Of a stretch of DNA of 64,000 bases, positions 40,220 to 49,469 are shown piece after piece. A program made the translations under genes and the position numbers. Origin of the DNA: Longimicrobiales bacterium (GTDB lineage Bacteria > Gemmatimonadota > Gemmatimonadetes > Longimicrobiales > Gaopeijiaceae); NCBI GenBank assembly GCA_965238005.1, contig OZ250165.1, positions 1,856,001 through 1,920,000 of the forward strand. The letters run 5' to 3'. Within the stretch, counting starts at the first letter, position 1, and every line of letters starts with the position of its first letter. Under the pieces are notes generated by a model. It searched no databases. It was given only the letters and a program-made list of their open reading frames with translations, and was not told where the DNA came from.

Positions 40220-41697
40220 GGTCCGACCCCCAGGAGCGTCCGGGCGGCGGCTCCCGCCGCCTCGGTGGTGAAGGAGGCGTCGATGCCGAAGTAGAAGCTC
40301 ACGGCGACCAGGACCCAGGTGGGTACCAGGAGGCCGAGGGGCGCCTCTCGGACCGGGTGATCGTCGTCACCCGGGAAGTCGTGGAAGTAGGCCGCCTCCA
40401 CCACCCGCCAGATGTAGACCACAGCCATCAGGGACGTGATCAGGATCAGTGCCGCAACGGGCCACCAGCCTTGCTCCAGGGCTCCCGTGATCAGGTACCA
40501 CTTGCTGATGAAGCCCACCGTGAGCGGCACACCGATCAGGCTGAGGCCTGCACCGACGAAGGCGGCCATGGTCCAGGGCATGCGCCTTCCGAGGCCCTGC
40601 ATGGCCTCGATGTCCACGGAGCCGATTCGGTACATCACGCAGCCCAGCGCCATGAAGAGGGCGCCCTTCATCATGGCGTGGTTGAACAGGTGGAGGATTC
40701 CCGCCGTGAGCCCCGTCACCGAGGCCATGCTGATCCCCAGGATCGTGTACCCGATCTGGGCCACGCTGGAGTAGGCCATCATCCGCTTCACGTTTCGCTG
40801 GAAGATGGCCACCAGAGACATGCTGAAGATTGCGACGAGGGCCAGCGGTAGCAGCACGAGATCGAGCTGCATGACGTCGAAGGAGAAGACCGGCCCGAAG
40901 ATCGTGAAGAAGAAGCGGAGCAGCATGTAGACCGCCACCTTGGTGGCGGTCGATGCGATGAAGGCCGTGACGGCGGACGGGGCGCACGTGTACGCGTTGG
41001 GGAGCCACAGGTGGAGCGGGAAGAGCGCCAGCTTCAGGCTGATCCCAACGGTCAGGAACCCGAACGCCACCGGGATCGTGCGGTTGGCCCCTACCTCGGG
41101 GATCCGGGCCGCGAGGTCCGCCATGTTCAGGGTACCGGTCATCACGTACATCATGCCGATGCCGATCACGATGAACGTGGCCCCCACCGAGCCCATGATC
41201 AGGTACTGGAATGACGCCGTCAGCGCCTTGCGATCCCGCCCCATGGCGATGAGGACGTACGCAGAGAGTGACGATACCTCGAGGAACACGAAGACGTTGA
41301 AGACGTCTCCCGTGACGGCAATTCCCAGGAGCCCCGTGAGGCAGAGGATGAACGCGGCATAGAACAGGGCGATGCGGGACCCCTCCAGCTCGCGCTCCAC
41401 GCTCTGTTTCGCGAAGGGCGTCACGATGGCGCCGATGGCCGTTACGATCACCACCACGAAGGCGTTCAGCAGATCGATGCGGTATTCGATCCCGTACGGA
41501 GCTACCCACCCGCCCAGCGCGTAGCTGATGGTGCCTTCGGCCTGAACGCGGGCCAGAAGCTGCAGGGCGATCCAGAACGCGGTCCAGGTCGTGGCCAGGG
41601 CGATGGCCCAGGCGATCTTGGCGTTCCGCACGAGCGCACATACCGGGGCCGCCAGCAGGGGGATGACAACCTGCAGTACCGGGAGATGTTGCGTCAC
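40216..41697 (-). CDS. mrpD: Monovalent cation/H+ antiporter subunit D
   Basis: GW.AP.GIE, DVFNVFVFLE, PLHLWLPNAY, KRMMAYSS. Confidence 0.9.
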   Translation of the reverse strand: MTQHLPVLQVVIPLLAAPVCALVRNAKIAWAIALATTWTAFWIALQLLARVQAEGTISYALGGWVAPYGIEYRIDLLNAFVVVIVTAIGAIVTPFAKQSVERELEGSRIALFYAAFILCLTGLLGIAVTGDVFNVFVFLEVSSLSAYVLIAMGRDRKALTASFQYLIMGSVGATFIVIGIGMMYVMTGTLNMADLAARIPEVGANRTIPVAFGFLTVGISLKLALFPLHLWLPNAYTCAPSAVTAFIASTATKVAVYMLLRFFFTIFGPVFSFDVMQLDLVLLPLALVAIFSMSLVAIFQRNVKRMMAYSSVAQIGYTILGISMASVTGLTAGILHLFNHAMMKGALFMALGCVMYRIGSVDIEAMQGLGRRMPWTMAAFVGAGLSLIGVPLTVGFISKWYLITGALEQGWWPVAALILITSLMAVVYIWRVVEAAYFHDFPGDDDHPVREAPLGLLVPTWVLVAVSFYFGIDASFTTEAAGAAARTLLGVGP

Positions 41698-42047
41698 TCG
41701 GCAAGATCCTGGCTGTGGATCTCGTCTTCCTCGATGGTCCCATACGCCTCGTGTATGCGGACGATCAGGCTCAGGCCCACGGCGGTGGTGGCGATGCCCA
41801 CGACGATGGCGGTGAGGATGAGGACGTGGGGAAGCGGATTGGAGTACACGACGTCACCCTCCGTGAGGATCGGCGCCGTCCCGCCCTCGATCTTGCCCAT
41901 GCTGATGTAGAGGATGAAGACCGAAGTCTGGAAGATGTTAAGCCCCACGACCTTCTTGATGAGGTTCCCTCGGGAGATCAGGATGTAGAAGCCGACCATC
42001 ATGAGGAAGATGAAGATCCAGTAGTTGACGAGGCCCAGCAGCCTCAT
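41694..42047 (-). CDS. mrpC: Cation/H+ antiporter subunit C
   Basis: NLIKK..GL, NPLPHVLILTAIVVG. Confidence 0.92.
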   Translation of the reverse strand: MRLLGLVNYWIFIFLMMVGFYILISRGNLIKKVVGLNIFQTSVFILYISMGKIEGGTAPILTEGDVVYSNPLPHVLILTAIVVGIATTAVGLSLIVRIHEAYGTIEEDEIHSQDLAE

Positions 42048-42469
42048 GCGCGGAGCCCCCGGCGCCCCGCGAAGGAGTAGAAGACGGCGACCATGACTCC
42101 GAACACCGTCGTCAGGACGCCCAGCTCCACCAGAAGGATACCCCGGTGCTGGCCGTGCTCCGGCTCGTGGGCGAGTACGCCGTAGTCAAGGAATTCGCCA
42201 CCGAGCAACACGGTGACCACTCCTACGCCGGCGTAGATCAGGACGCCAGCGGCGCCGCAGAACCACGCCACCGATAAGGGCAGGACCTCCCTGGCCATAT
42301 CCACGCCGAAGATGAGGCTGTAGAGGATGAAGCCCGCGGCGAAGATGACGCCGGCCTGGAAACCACCGCCCGGCCCGTATTCGCCGTGGAACTGCACGTA
42401 CAGGGCGAAGAGCAGGATGAAGGGGATGAGGATCTTGGCGCCGACCCGCAGGATGACCTTATCCTCCAT
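42044..42469 (-). CDS. mrpB: Cation/H+ antiporter subunit B
   Basis: HGEYGPGGGFQAG; start at MEDKVILR (42469). Confidence 0.9.
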   Translation of the reverse strand: MEDKVILRVGAKILIPFILLFALYVQFHGEYGPGGGFQAGVIFAAGFILYSLIFGVDMAREVLPLSVAWFCGAAGVLIYAGVGVVTVLLGGEFLDYGVLAHEPEHGQHRGILLVELGVLTTVFGVMVAVFYSFAGRRGLRA

Positions 42470-43136
42470 GGTCACCTCGCTCGCTCGGGTCTTCCTCGCT
42501 CGGGTCTTCCTCGCTCGGGTCTTCCTCGCTCGGAGCTTTCTCGCTCGGAGCTTGCTCGCCCGGACCATCCGCCGAAGGCCCGCCAACCAAACGCTCCTCT
42601 TCCGACCATTCTCTTCTGCGTACCTGGGCCATGAGCAGGAGCACACCCACCATGGCGGTGAAGATCACCGTGGTCTCCCCCATGGTGTCGTAGCCCCGAT
42701 AGCTGGCCAGGACCGACGTCACCACGTTGGGCACGCCGATCTCGTGGCCTGACTCCTCCAGGTAGTAGTCGGCCACGTGGTGGTGGACGGGATTCGCAGG
42801 GTCTCCGTACGGAGGCATATCCAGGGTGCCGTAGACGAGCGCGCCGCCCGTCACGAGCACGACGAACAGGGGCAGAAGAGCGGGTCTGGACGGGCCCTTC
42901 GAGGTGTGCCCCACCAGCGCCATGCATCCGAGCATGAGGACCGTGGAGATCCCTGCACCCACCGACGCCTCGGTGAAGGCCACGTCCACGGCGTCCATGA
43001 CCGTGAAGAGGGCCGCCGACAGGAGGCTGAAGATGCCCGCCAGCATCGCCACGGCAAACAGGTTCCTGAGCTTCAAGAGCGCCAGCGCCGTCACCGCCAG
43101 CATGACCAGGAGGAAGACGTCGACCAGGACTTCTAT
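42459..43136 (-). CDS. DUF4040 / MnhB N-terminal-like Mrp subunit
   Basis: DAVDVAFTEASVGAG, NVVTSVLASYRGYDTMGE; in-frame ATA at 43136 behind an RBS (next ATG at 43103). Confidence 0.85.
   Translation of the reverse strand: MEVLVDVFLLVMLAVTALALLKLRNLFAVAMLAGIFSLLSAALFTVMDAVDVAFTEASVGAGISTVLMLGCMALVGHTSKGPSRPALLPLFVVLVTGGALVYGTLDMPPYGDPANPVHHHVADYYLEESGHEIGVPNVVTSVLASYRGYDTMGETTVIFTAMVGVLLLMAQVRRREWSEEERLVGGPSADGPGEQAPSEKAPSEEDPSEEDPSEEDPSERGDHGG
42480..42559. repeat. 15-bp tandem repeat x5.3 encoding an acidic tail (PSEED/PSEKA)
   Basis: CTCGCTCGGGTCTTC x3 plus CTCGCTCGGAGCTT(T/G) x2. Confidence 0.92.
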
Positions 43137-43459
43137 GAGTCACCTCCTCCGAAGTCGATTCGGATCGGGACCACGTTGCCGTGGAGGGCGGCCCGGGAGA
43201 GGGCATAGGTGGCGATAGGACTCGTGAAGAGGAGGAACCCCCAGATCAGGAGGAGCCGCACGGCCACGAGGGTGATGCCCGCCTGGAACGACATGCCGAT
43301 GAGCAAGAGGCCCGCTCCCATGGTGTCCGTCATCCCCGCCGCGTGGAGCCGCGTGTAGACGTCCGGCATGCGAATGACGCCGACCGCGCCCACCACGATG
43401 AAGAAGATACCCCCGAGGATGCAGACCCAGCTCAGGACGTCGGCCATCATTTCCATCAC
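43133..43459 (-). CDS. mrpG: Cation/H+ antiporter subunit G
   Basis: G.IRMPDVYTRLHAAG..DT.G. Confidence 0.92.
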   Translation of the reverse strand: MMEMMADVLSWVCILGGIFFIVVGAVGVIRMPDVYTRLHAAGMTDTMGAGLLLIGMSFQAGITLVAVRLLLIWGFLLFTSPIATYALSRAALHGNVVPIRIDFGGGDS

Positions 43460-43746
43460 GCCTCGCCCCGCGAGACGGCGCTACTCGCCCCGCGTCCCAA
43501 ATTGCCCACCTCGAAGAACTTCAGCACGGCGATGGTGCCGATGAAGTTGATGAGGGCGTAGACCAGGGCGAGGTCCAGGAACTCCGGGCGCCCCGCGAGA
43601 AAGCCCAGGACCGCGATGAGAAGCACCGTCTTCGTCCCAAACATGTTGAGGGCCATGACCCGGTCGTAGACCGTGGGCCCCAGGAGCGCCCGCGTCATGG
43701 CCAGCGTCATGCTTACCATCAGGCCCGCCGTCGCCACGACGAACAT
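43456..43746 (-). CDS. mrpF: Cation/H+ antiporter subunit F
   Basis: GPTVYDRV.A, DLALVYALINFIGT. Confidence 0.92.
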   Translation of the reverse strand: MFVVATAGLMVSMTLAMTRALLGPTVYDRVMALNMFGTKTVLLIAVLGFLAGRPEFLDLALVYALINFIGTIAVLKFFEVGNLGRGASSAVSRGEA

Positions 43747-44222
43747 CAGGAAGCACCCTCCACCCAGGACACGCGCCGGTCCATCTCGTCTTCCTCGCGG
43801 CCGTCCACGTCGTGCCAGGTCAGGGCATGGATCTCGAGCTCGTCACCGTTCACCCCCGTCGTGATGGTTCCGGGTGTCAGGGTGATGGAGTTCGCATAGA
43901 TCACGCGTCCCAGGTCGGTCTTCTGGGAGGCGTTGAAGACGACCGTGATCGGGCTGATGGGAAGGCTGGGGGTAAGGATGATCCGGGCCACGTTGAGATT
44001 GGCCACCCAGATCTCCTTGAGAAGCCAAGGAAAGTAACCGAGGAACCGTCCCGTAATGGAGAGGGGAACACCCTCGTGGTCCACCACGTCCATGCGGTGA
44101 GCGATGTAGACGACCAGCGCGCAGGAGCCGACGCCGAATCCCAGAACCAGAGGCGTGTAGTGCCCGGAAAGGAGAAGCCACAGGGCGAAGAGCGCCGCTC
44201 CCAAGCCCACAACTCTTGCCAA
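43746..44222 (-). CDS. mrpE: Cation/H+ antiporter subunit E
   Basis: WLLLSG, ANSITLTPGT. Confidence 0.92.
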   Translation of the reverse strand: MARVVGLGAALFALWLLLSGHYTPLVLGFGVGSCALVVYIAHRMDVVDHEGVPLSITGRFLGYFPWLLKEIWVANLNVARIILTPSLPISPITVVFNASQKTDLGRVIYANSITLTPGTITTGVNGDELEIHALTWHDVDGREEDEMDRRVSWVEGAS

Positions 44223-44291
44223 TCCGACTCCTTCGCTCCGTGTTGGATGCCCCCCGGACAGAACCGTCCAGGCTGATTTCGGACGCCAAAC

Positions 44292-44894
44292 CTACCAGTT
44301 TGACTGGGCGCCGTCCACGATGCTTTGAACGATTAGCTCGATGGCCTCCGCCCGACCCACCTCCTCGGTTTCGCTCTCCTCCAGGTACTGCCCTCGCGCG
44401 CTGAGGGCGAGGTCGTCCCACAGGATCACATTCTGGACCCGGTCGATCAGCTCGACCTCCACCCGGATGCTCACCTGGCGCTGGAGAACCTCCACCTGGT
44501 CTCTCTGCCGGCCGGGTCGGAACAGGGGGGTCGTCAAGTCGTACCGGATGATGCGGCCTTGGACGATCGCATCGGCGACCTCCTCACCGGCGTTCGTGAT
44601 GCCTAGGGCTCGGGGCAGCTCGCGAAGCAGCTTGTCGTGGATCTCCTGAGTCAGCTCGAAGCGGTTGGTGTCGTTCTCGAATGGCAGGATGGCAACGGTC
44701 CGGATGTGGTCGGGGAAGCTCCCCGATCCGAAGCTGTAGTTGCACCCGGCCACGCATGCGACCAGGCACGACACGATCAGACCCCGGACGGGGCCTCTGA
44801 TCAACTCCCTTATCGCTCCCTGGATCACGACACGGCCCCCACCGTTAGCGGTGGGGACTCCAGATGTCGGCTGGGTAAGACTCCACATGCTCAA
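44292..44894 (-). CDS. lptE: LptE-family LPS assembly lipoprotein (true start probably further downstream)
   Basis: Lipobox VAGC-NYSF, P.HIRTVAILPFENDT, C-terminal W. Confidence 0.75.
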   Translation of the reverse strand: MSMWSLTQPTSGVPTANGGGRVVIQGAIRELIRGPVRGLIVSCLVACVAGCNYSFGSGSFPDHIRTVAILPFENDTNRFELTQEIHDKLLRELPRALGITNAGEEVADAIVQGRIIRYDLTTPLFRPGRQRDQVEVLQRQVSIRVEVELIDRVQNVILWDDLALSARGQYLEESETEEVGRAEAIELIVQSIVDGAQSNW

Positions 44895-45543
44895 CGGACT
44901 CGACGGTTATCTTGAGCTCTCTGAACGAGGCCAGATTGCGGTAGGTGGCCCCGCGGGGCAACTCCCACTCCACCTCACGGTCCAGGGCGACCCGATGGAG
45001 GGCGCTCCCGTCATGAAAGAGCTCGACGCCGGTCAGCTTGCCGTCACGAAGCTCATACCAGAGCTCGTCGCCGTCGCCGAGCGCATATCGCAGCCGAAGG
45101 GCCTCATCTCGCTCCTCCGCTCCCAGGAGCGTCACGCCGTCACCCGGCCTGAACACTCCCAGAGACGCCCACAGAAGGGGCGGAGACGGGACGACCTGCA
45201 AGGAAGTTCCTTCGGGGGCCCGCAGATCGTCGTCGACCAACGCGACGGCCAGGACCGATTGCCCGTTTCCCAGGAATAGATCCATGCGCGCCCGGTCAGG
45301 CGGCTCGAGGCGGGCCACACCGTCGCCTCCGACCCAGAGGTTGGGCTCCCGGATGCTCCACTTGAAGAAGACGCGAGCGGCACGCGGGAACGGGTTGCTC
45401 TTCGTCGCCGCCGCTACGGCCTGCTGCGCGTCCACGGTCGGAGCGGGAAGCTCCGGCGGCGAGCCGCCACAGGTCGTCCCCACCATCGCAGCGACCGCCA
45501 ATGAGAAGGCAAACCTGATCTTCAGGACTCCTATCGCCGTCAT
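44845..45543 (-). CDS. Hypothetical lipoprotein
   Basis: Signal ending in GTTC, beta-rich body; operonic with lptE. Confidence 0.6.
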   Translation of the reverse strand: MTAIGVLKIRFAFSLAVAAMVGTTCGGSPPELPAPTVDAQQAVAAATKSNPFPRAARVFFKWSIREPNLWVGGDGVARLEPPDRARMDLFLGNGQSVLAVALVDDDLRAPEGTSLQVVPSPPLLWASLGVFRPGDGVTLLGAEERDEALRLRYALGDGDELWYELRDGKLTGVELFHDGSALHRVALDREVEWELPRGATYRNLASFRELKITVESVEHVESYPADIWSPHR

Positions 45544-45697
45544 GAGGGCGCCGCCCCTGATCTCCGTGGTCTCGTTCACTGATCCGTGCGGGTCATCACG
45601 TCACGCGGGGGAGACCCCCGCCCCGATCGAGCGTTCCAAGTGCCCCCTGCAAACGTACTTCCCCAGGGTAATACACACAGTTTACTTTCCGATCCCC

Positions 45698-46435
45698 ATG
45701 TCAGAGAAACCCATCCATCTCGCAAGCGACATTCACCTCGGGGTCGTCCCGCCGGAGACCGAAGACGCGTTCCAGGGTTGGCTCGAGCATACGGGCACGG
45801 CGGCGTCGCAGCTCATCCTCAACGGGGACCTCTTCGATTTCTGGTTCGAGTACCGTTCGGCGGTTCCCCGCGGCCACACCCGGGTGCTCGGTGCTCTCGC
45901 GAGGCTCGTGGACGGAGGGGTCCCGGTGACGCTCATGGGTGGCAATCACGACTGGTGGGGGGGATCCTTCCTGACCGACGAGATCGGGGTCACGTTCATG
46001 CGGGATCCCGTGCTGCTGGACCTTGCTGGCTTCCGCACGTTTCTAGCTCACGGCGACGGCCTCGGGCGTGGCGACCTGAGATATCGCGTTCTTCGCACGG
46101 TGTTGCGCAGCCGGATCACCCGATGGTCCTTCCGGTGGCTCCATCCCGACGTGGGGGCGGCCCTGGCCGACCGTGCCTCGAAGACCGAGCATCGGCTGAC
46201 GGGACCTTCCGACAGGGAGCGCACCCGGGCCCTGGTGCTGCAGGAGTGGGGTCGACAAAAGCTCAAAGACGAGCCCGACCTGGACCTCGTGGTCCTCGGA
46301 CACACCCACATTCCCACCCTCGAAGAGGTCGAGCCCCGCCGCTACTACGTGAACGCCGGAGACTGGGTCCACCACCGGAGCTACCTGGTGTTGCGCGAGG
46401 GGGAGCCGCCGATGCTCAGGGAGTGGCAGGGCTAG
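45698..46435 (+). CDS. lpxH: UDP-2,3-diacylglucosamine diphosphatase
   Basis: SDIHLG, GDLFDFWFE, GNHDWW, AHGD, GHTH, NAGDW. Confidence 0.88.
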   Translation: MSEKPIHLASDIHLGVVPPETEDAFQGWLEHTGTAASQLILNGDLFDFWFEYRSAVPRGHTRVLGALARLVDGGVPVTLMGGNHDWWGGSFLTDEIGVTFMRDPVLLDLAGFRTFLAHGDGLGRGDLRYRVLRTVLRSRITRWSFRWLHPDVGAALADRASKTEHRLTGPSDRERTRALVLQEWGRQKLKDEPDLDLVVLGHTHIPTLEEVEPRRYYVNAGDWVHHRSYLVLREGEPPMLREWQG

Positions 46436-46448
46436 TGTGGTTCCCACA

Positions 46449-47075
46449 CTAGCGGAACGGATCGAACGGCAGCGAGAACGCGAGCTCTACCCCCATGTTC
46501 GGTAGAGGCCGGATCGCGGCCTCAAGTGGCTCCGGGAAGTCGGCCAGGTGGGCCGCCACGAACGCATCGGCACCCCCCAGGAACAGAAAGAAGATCCCGA
46601 CGGCCAGCCAGTCTTCCCTCTGCTGCGAGCGGATCTCCACCAGCTCCTCGGCGTCCTGTACCGCTTCATCCTCGTCGACGAGGTTGACGATCTCCACCGG
46701 GTCGACCGTGCCTTCGCTGATCACCCGCGCCTCGGCCCGTCTCAGGGCCACGATGTCCCTGGCGCTCCCCAGGGCCTTAGACGTCTTCAGGATCATCCAG
46801 AGGCTCATCGACTCTACGCCGAAGTAGAACGCTCCTCGATCGGGCGATCCCACCGTGGCTTGGCCCCAGCCAGGTATGAGCACGGAGCGCAGAAAGGCGC
46901 CGCCGGCGCTGTGTCGACGCGGTGCGCTCGCGGAGTCGGTCGCCGCAGCTTCCCCGGCCGGCGGATCGGCCACGGGATCCTGCGCCCGAGCGCAGGTCGG
47001 CGCCAGCGCGAGGCCCGTCGCCACGAGGCTCACGGTGAGGAGTGCAGTAGCCGCAACTCTGGTAGGGACCCTCAA
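46449..47075 (-). CDS. Hypothetical exported/membrane protein (DUF5683-like)
   Basis: Signal peptide, AFLRSVLIPGWGQ, ADAFVAAHL; start inferred (TTG 47075). Confidence 0.65.
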   Translation of the reverse strand: MRVPTRVAATALLTVSLVATGLALAPTCARAQDPVADPPAGEAAATDSASAPRRHSAGGAFLRSVLIPGWGQATVGSPDRGAFYFGVESMSLWMILKTSKALGSARDIVALRRAEARVISEGTVDPVEIVNLVDEDEAVQDAEELVEIRSQQREDWLAVGIFFLFLGGADAFVAAHLADFPEPLEAAIRPLPNMGVELAFSLPFDPFR

Positions 47076-47194
47076 TCGCACCCCTTCTCGTGCCTGGTGG
47101 GAGTCGAACGCGCGAGGGGAGAATCTACCCTCGACGATACGGCGAACAAAACGCCACACCGATCTACTACACCCGAATGCAGTTCCACGTTGTG

Positions 47195-47482
47195 CTATCC
47201 GGGGGGAAAGTGGGGACGAGCTTTCGGGCCGAGGGCGTTGCCGCCCATGGGAAGCGTGAGCCGGCCGGTGTTGAGCGTGACCAGGGCGAGCTTCAACCCC
47301 GCGTCTTCTTTCCCCATCGCCTTCACATAGGTGCGTTGCGAGAGCGCCAAGCCGCCGTACTCCCGTGGGATCTTGATGCCGAACGCGCCGATCGCCTTCA
47401 TGGCTTCCTGTTCGGTTACGCGCCGTTCTGGTATTGTTTTGAGCGCCTGCGCTGTTTTGGGCGCCGTCAGTGTGGTAGTCAT
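47195..47482 (-). pseudogene. Internally deleted acyl-CoA dehydrogenase remnant
   Basis: GAFGIKIPREYGGLALSQ directly joined to GLKLALVTLNTGRLTLP, motifs normally far apart. Confidence 0.7.
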
Positions 47483-47616
47483 GGCAATGATACCTTGAAG
47501 TGGCCGAGCGACACCTAGGATCAGGAGATCCTGCCAGAGAATCCGGCGACTTCTTTCTGTTGGCAGTGAGGGCGCCAAGGGCTCGATCTCTTACACTCCC
47601 GATTGCCGAGGATTGA

Positions 47617-48231
47617 GTGGCGGGCACGACAACGAGTGGCGCAGCGAGAGCTACGTCCGTGGACGATCCCGGCTTCGCGGCGCGGATCAGAGAGCGCGAT
47701 GCCCAAGCGCTCGAGGAGGTCGTTCGCCGTTATCTCCCTCAAATCGTCCGCGCCGCCCGCGGTGCCGGCTTCGCCCCTCAACTGGCCGAGGACGTCGCGC
47801 AGGACACCTTCGTCACCTTCATCGAGACGGCGCCCCGATTTGAGGGCCGATCCCATGTCCGGACCTGGCTGTTCGGTATCCTGTACAAGAAGATTGCCGC
47901 AGCGCGGCGGAATTCGCGGCGCGACAATGAGATGGACGACATCGAGGAAGTCTTCGAGCAGCGGTTTGATGACGCCGGGAGCTGGACGCGGCCACCGCTC
48001 CCGGTGGACGCGGAGGTCTACGATGCCGAGGTGCGGAGGGGAATTGACGGCTGTCTGGACCGGGTTCCAACCAACCAGCGGATGGCCTTCGTCCTGCGTG
48101 AGATCGAGGGGATGGATACCCTAGAAATCTGTAAGATTCTGGAGGTCACGCGCACCAACCTAGGAGTCCTTCTGCATCGGGTCCGCAATCGCCTGCGGGA
48201 ATGCCTGGAAGCCAAGGGTATCGAGCCATGA
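47617..48231 (+). CDS. ECF RNA polymerase sigma-70 factor
   Basis: AEDVAQDTF, FEGRSHVRTWLFGIL, region 4 EICKILEVTRTNLGVLLHRVR. Confidence 0.92.
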   Translation: MAGTTTSGAARATSVDDPGFAARIRERDAQALEEVVRRYLPQIVRAARGAGFAPQLAEDVAQDTFVTFIETAPRFEGRSHVRTWLFGILYKKIAAARRNSRRDNEMDDIEEVFEQRFDDAGSWTRPPLPVDAEVYDAEVRRGIDGCLDRVPTNQRMAFVLREIEGMDTLEICKILEVTRTNLGVLLHRVRNRLRECLEAKGIEP

Positions 48232-48545
48232 TCAACATGCCGAACTGTAAAGAAGTTGCGCGCCTCTTTGCCAGCGAGGAGCTCGCCGACGCCGCATGGT
48301 TGAGCCGGGCTCTTGTCCGGTTCCACTTCCTCAGGTGCCGCGACTGCCGAGGCTACGCGGCTCAGCTTCGAGCCATCGGGGCTGCTGCGCGGGACCGGTG
48401 GGACTCGGGCGTGGCGGACAGAGCAAGCTTCGAGAAGCTTGAAAGCTCGATCCTGGAGCGATGCCTCGATGCATCGGATGCGAATATTGAGGACGGGCGC
48501 GGTCGCGAGCCCGAACCTCCCGCAACTCAGACCGATCCGCACTAA
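48228..48545 (+). CDS. Zinc-binding anti-sigma factor (zf-HC2)
   Basis: NCKEV...HFLRCRDC (Hx3Cx2C); ATG overlaps the sigma stop. Confidence 0.85.
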   Translation: MINMPNCKEVARLFASEELADAAWLSRALVRFHFLRCRDCRGYAAQLRAIGAAARDRWDSGVADRASFEKLESSILERCLDASDANIEDGRGREPEPPATQTDPH

Positions 48546-48679
48546 ACGCACCACACACCGAAGCATCTGTAAGATCTTGGGGGTCACGCGCACTAACCCT
48601 GTGAGTGCTACTGGACACCAACGTGGCGTCGACAAGCCGCGGGCCAGTTAGCTGAGCCTTACAGGAAGGAGTTCGTGCG

Positions 48680-49366
48680 ATGATTGCCTCTCATGCCACA
48701 CTGAGTTTCTTTGCTGTCCTTGCCCTAGCGGGCTGCACCACTATGCGAGTACGGACGGACTACGACGCGGATGTGTCGTTCACGCAGTTGAGCACGTACG
48801 ACTGGGGCGACCGGGAGGCGGACGCGAGCGCTGATCCGGCCGTGAATAGCCCATTGTTGGAACGGCATATCCAAGACGCCGTAGAGGGCGAACTCGGCAG
48901 GATGGGTTATCGCAAGGTGACGTCTGACACTCCTGACTTCCGGATCGTCTACCGCGTGACGGCAGAGGAGAAGTCGAGGATCGATGGATCCTCTGGCTAT
49001 GGATCCTACGGCTACTACGGCTATGGAGGACCGTACGTGTACCCGCGGTCCTCTTATCGAGGGTCCTTTGGCCTTTCGCTTTATGGTGGCCGATACGTCA
49101 GGCCGTTCTATGGCTATCCGGGCGCCGGATACGGATACGGATACGGGGGTACGGGCCGCGTACGCGAATACCTGCGCGGAACCTTGGTTCTGGACATAAT
49201 CGATGTCCGAACAGACGAAGTCGTCTTTCGGGGGTCGGCCACAAAATCGCTGCATCTTGATCCGGATCCGAAGAAGGTCCGGATGTATGTCAGCAAGGCG
49301 GTGGACAAGATCCTGAAGGACTTCCCGCCGGCAAGGTCATCGGGCCAGCTTGTCGCAGCAGGCTGA
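48680..49366 (+). CDS. DUF4136 family lipoprotein
   Basis: Lipobox LAGC, V.TDYD, Gly/Tyr-rich loop, Y..GTLVLDIID. Confidence 0.85.
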   Translation: MIASHATLSFFAVLALAGCTTMRVRTDYDADVSFTQLSTYDWGDREADASADPAVNSPLLERHIQDAVEGELGRMGYRKVTSDTPDFRIVYRVTAEEKSRIDGSSGYGSYGYYGYGGPYVYPRSSYRGSFGLSLYGGRYVRPFYGYPGAGYGYGYGGTGRVREYLRGTLVLDIIDVRTDEVVFRGSATKSLHLDPDPKKVRMYVSKAVDKILKDFPPARSSGQLVAAG

Positions 49367-49369
49367 TTA

Positions 49370-49469
49370 ACGGCACAATCCTGGCATCGCGGCACAGTCT
49401 CGGTAGCAAGAAGGGGCTCCGGCCTGGTTCACACTGAACCGCCGGAGCCCCTAAGTCGTTGCCGCTCAG
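49370..49469. repeat. 100-bp direct repeat, copy A
   Basis: 94/100 identical to 51038-51137 by manual alignment; contains a 12-bp stem AGGGGCTCCGGC/GCCGGAGCCCCT. Confidence 0.93.

Noticed and set aside
46449..47627. 392-aa ORF as one gene (also 45038-46435 as 465 aa and 3083-4990 as 635 aa)
   Set aside because: The N-terminal extensions are spurious; motifs, signal peptides and RBS positions support later starts
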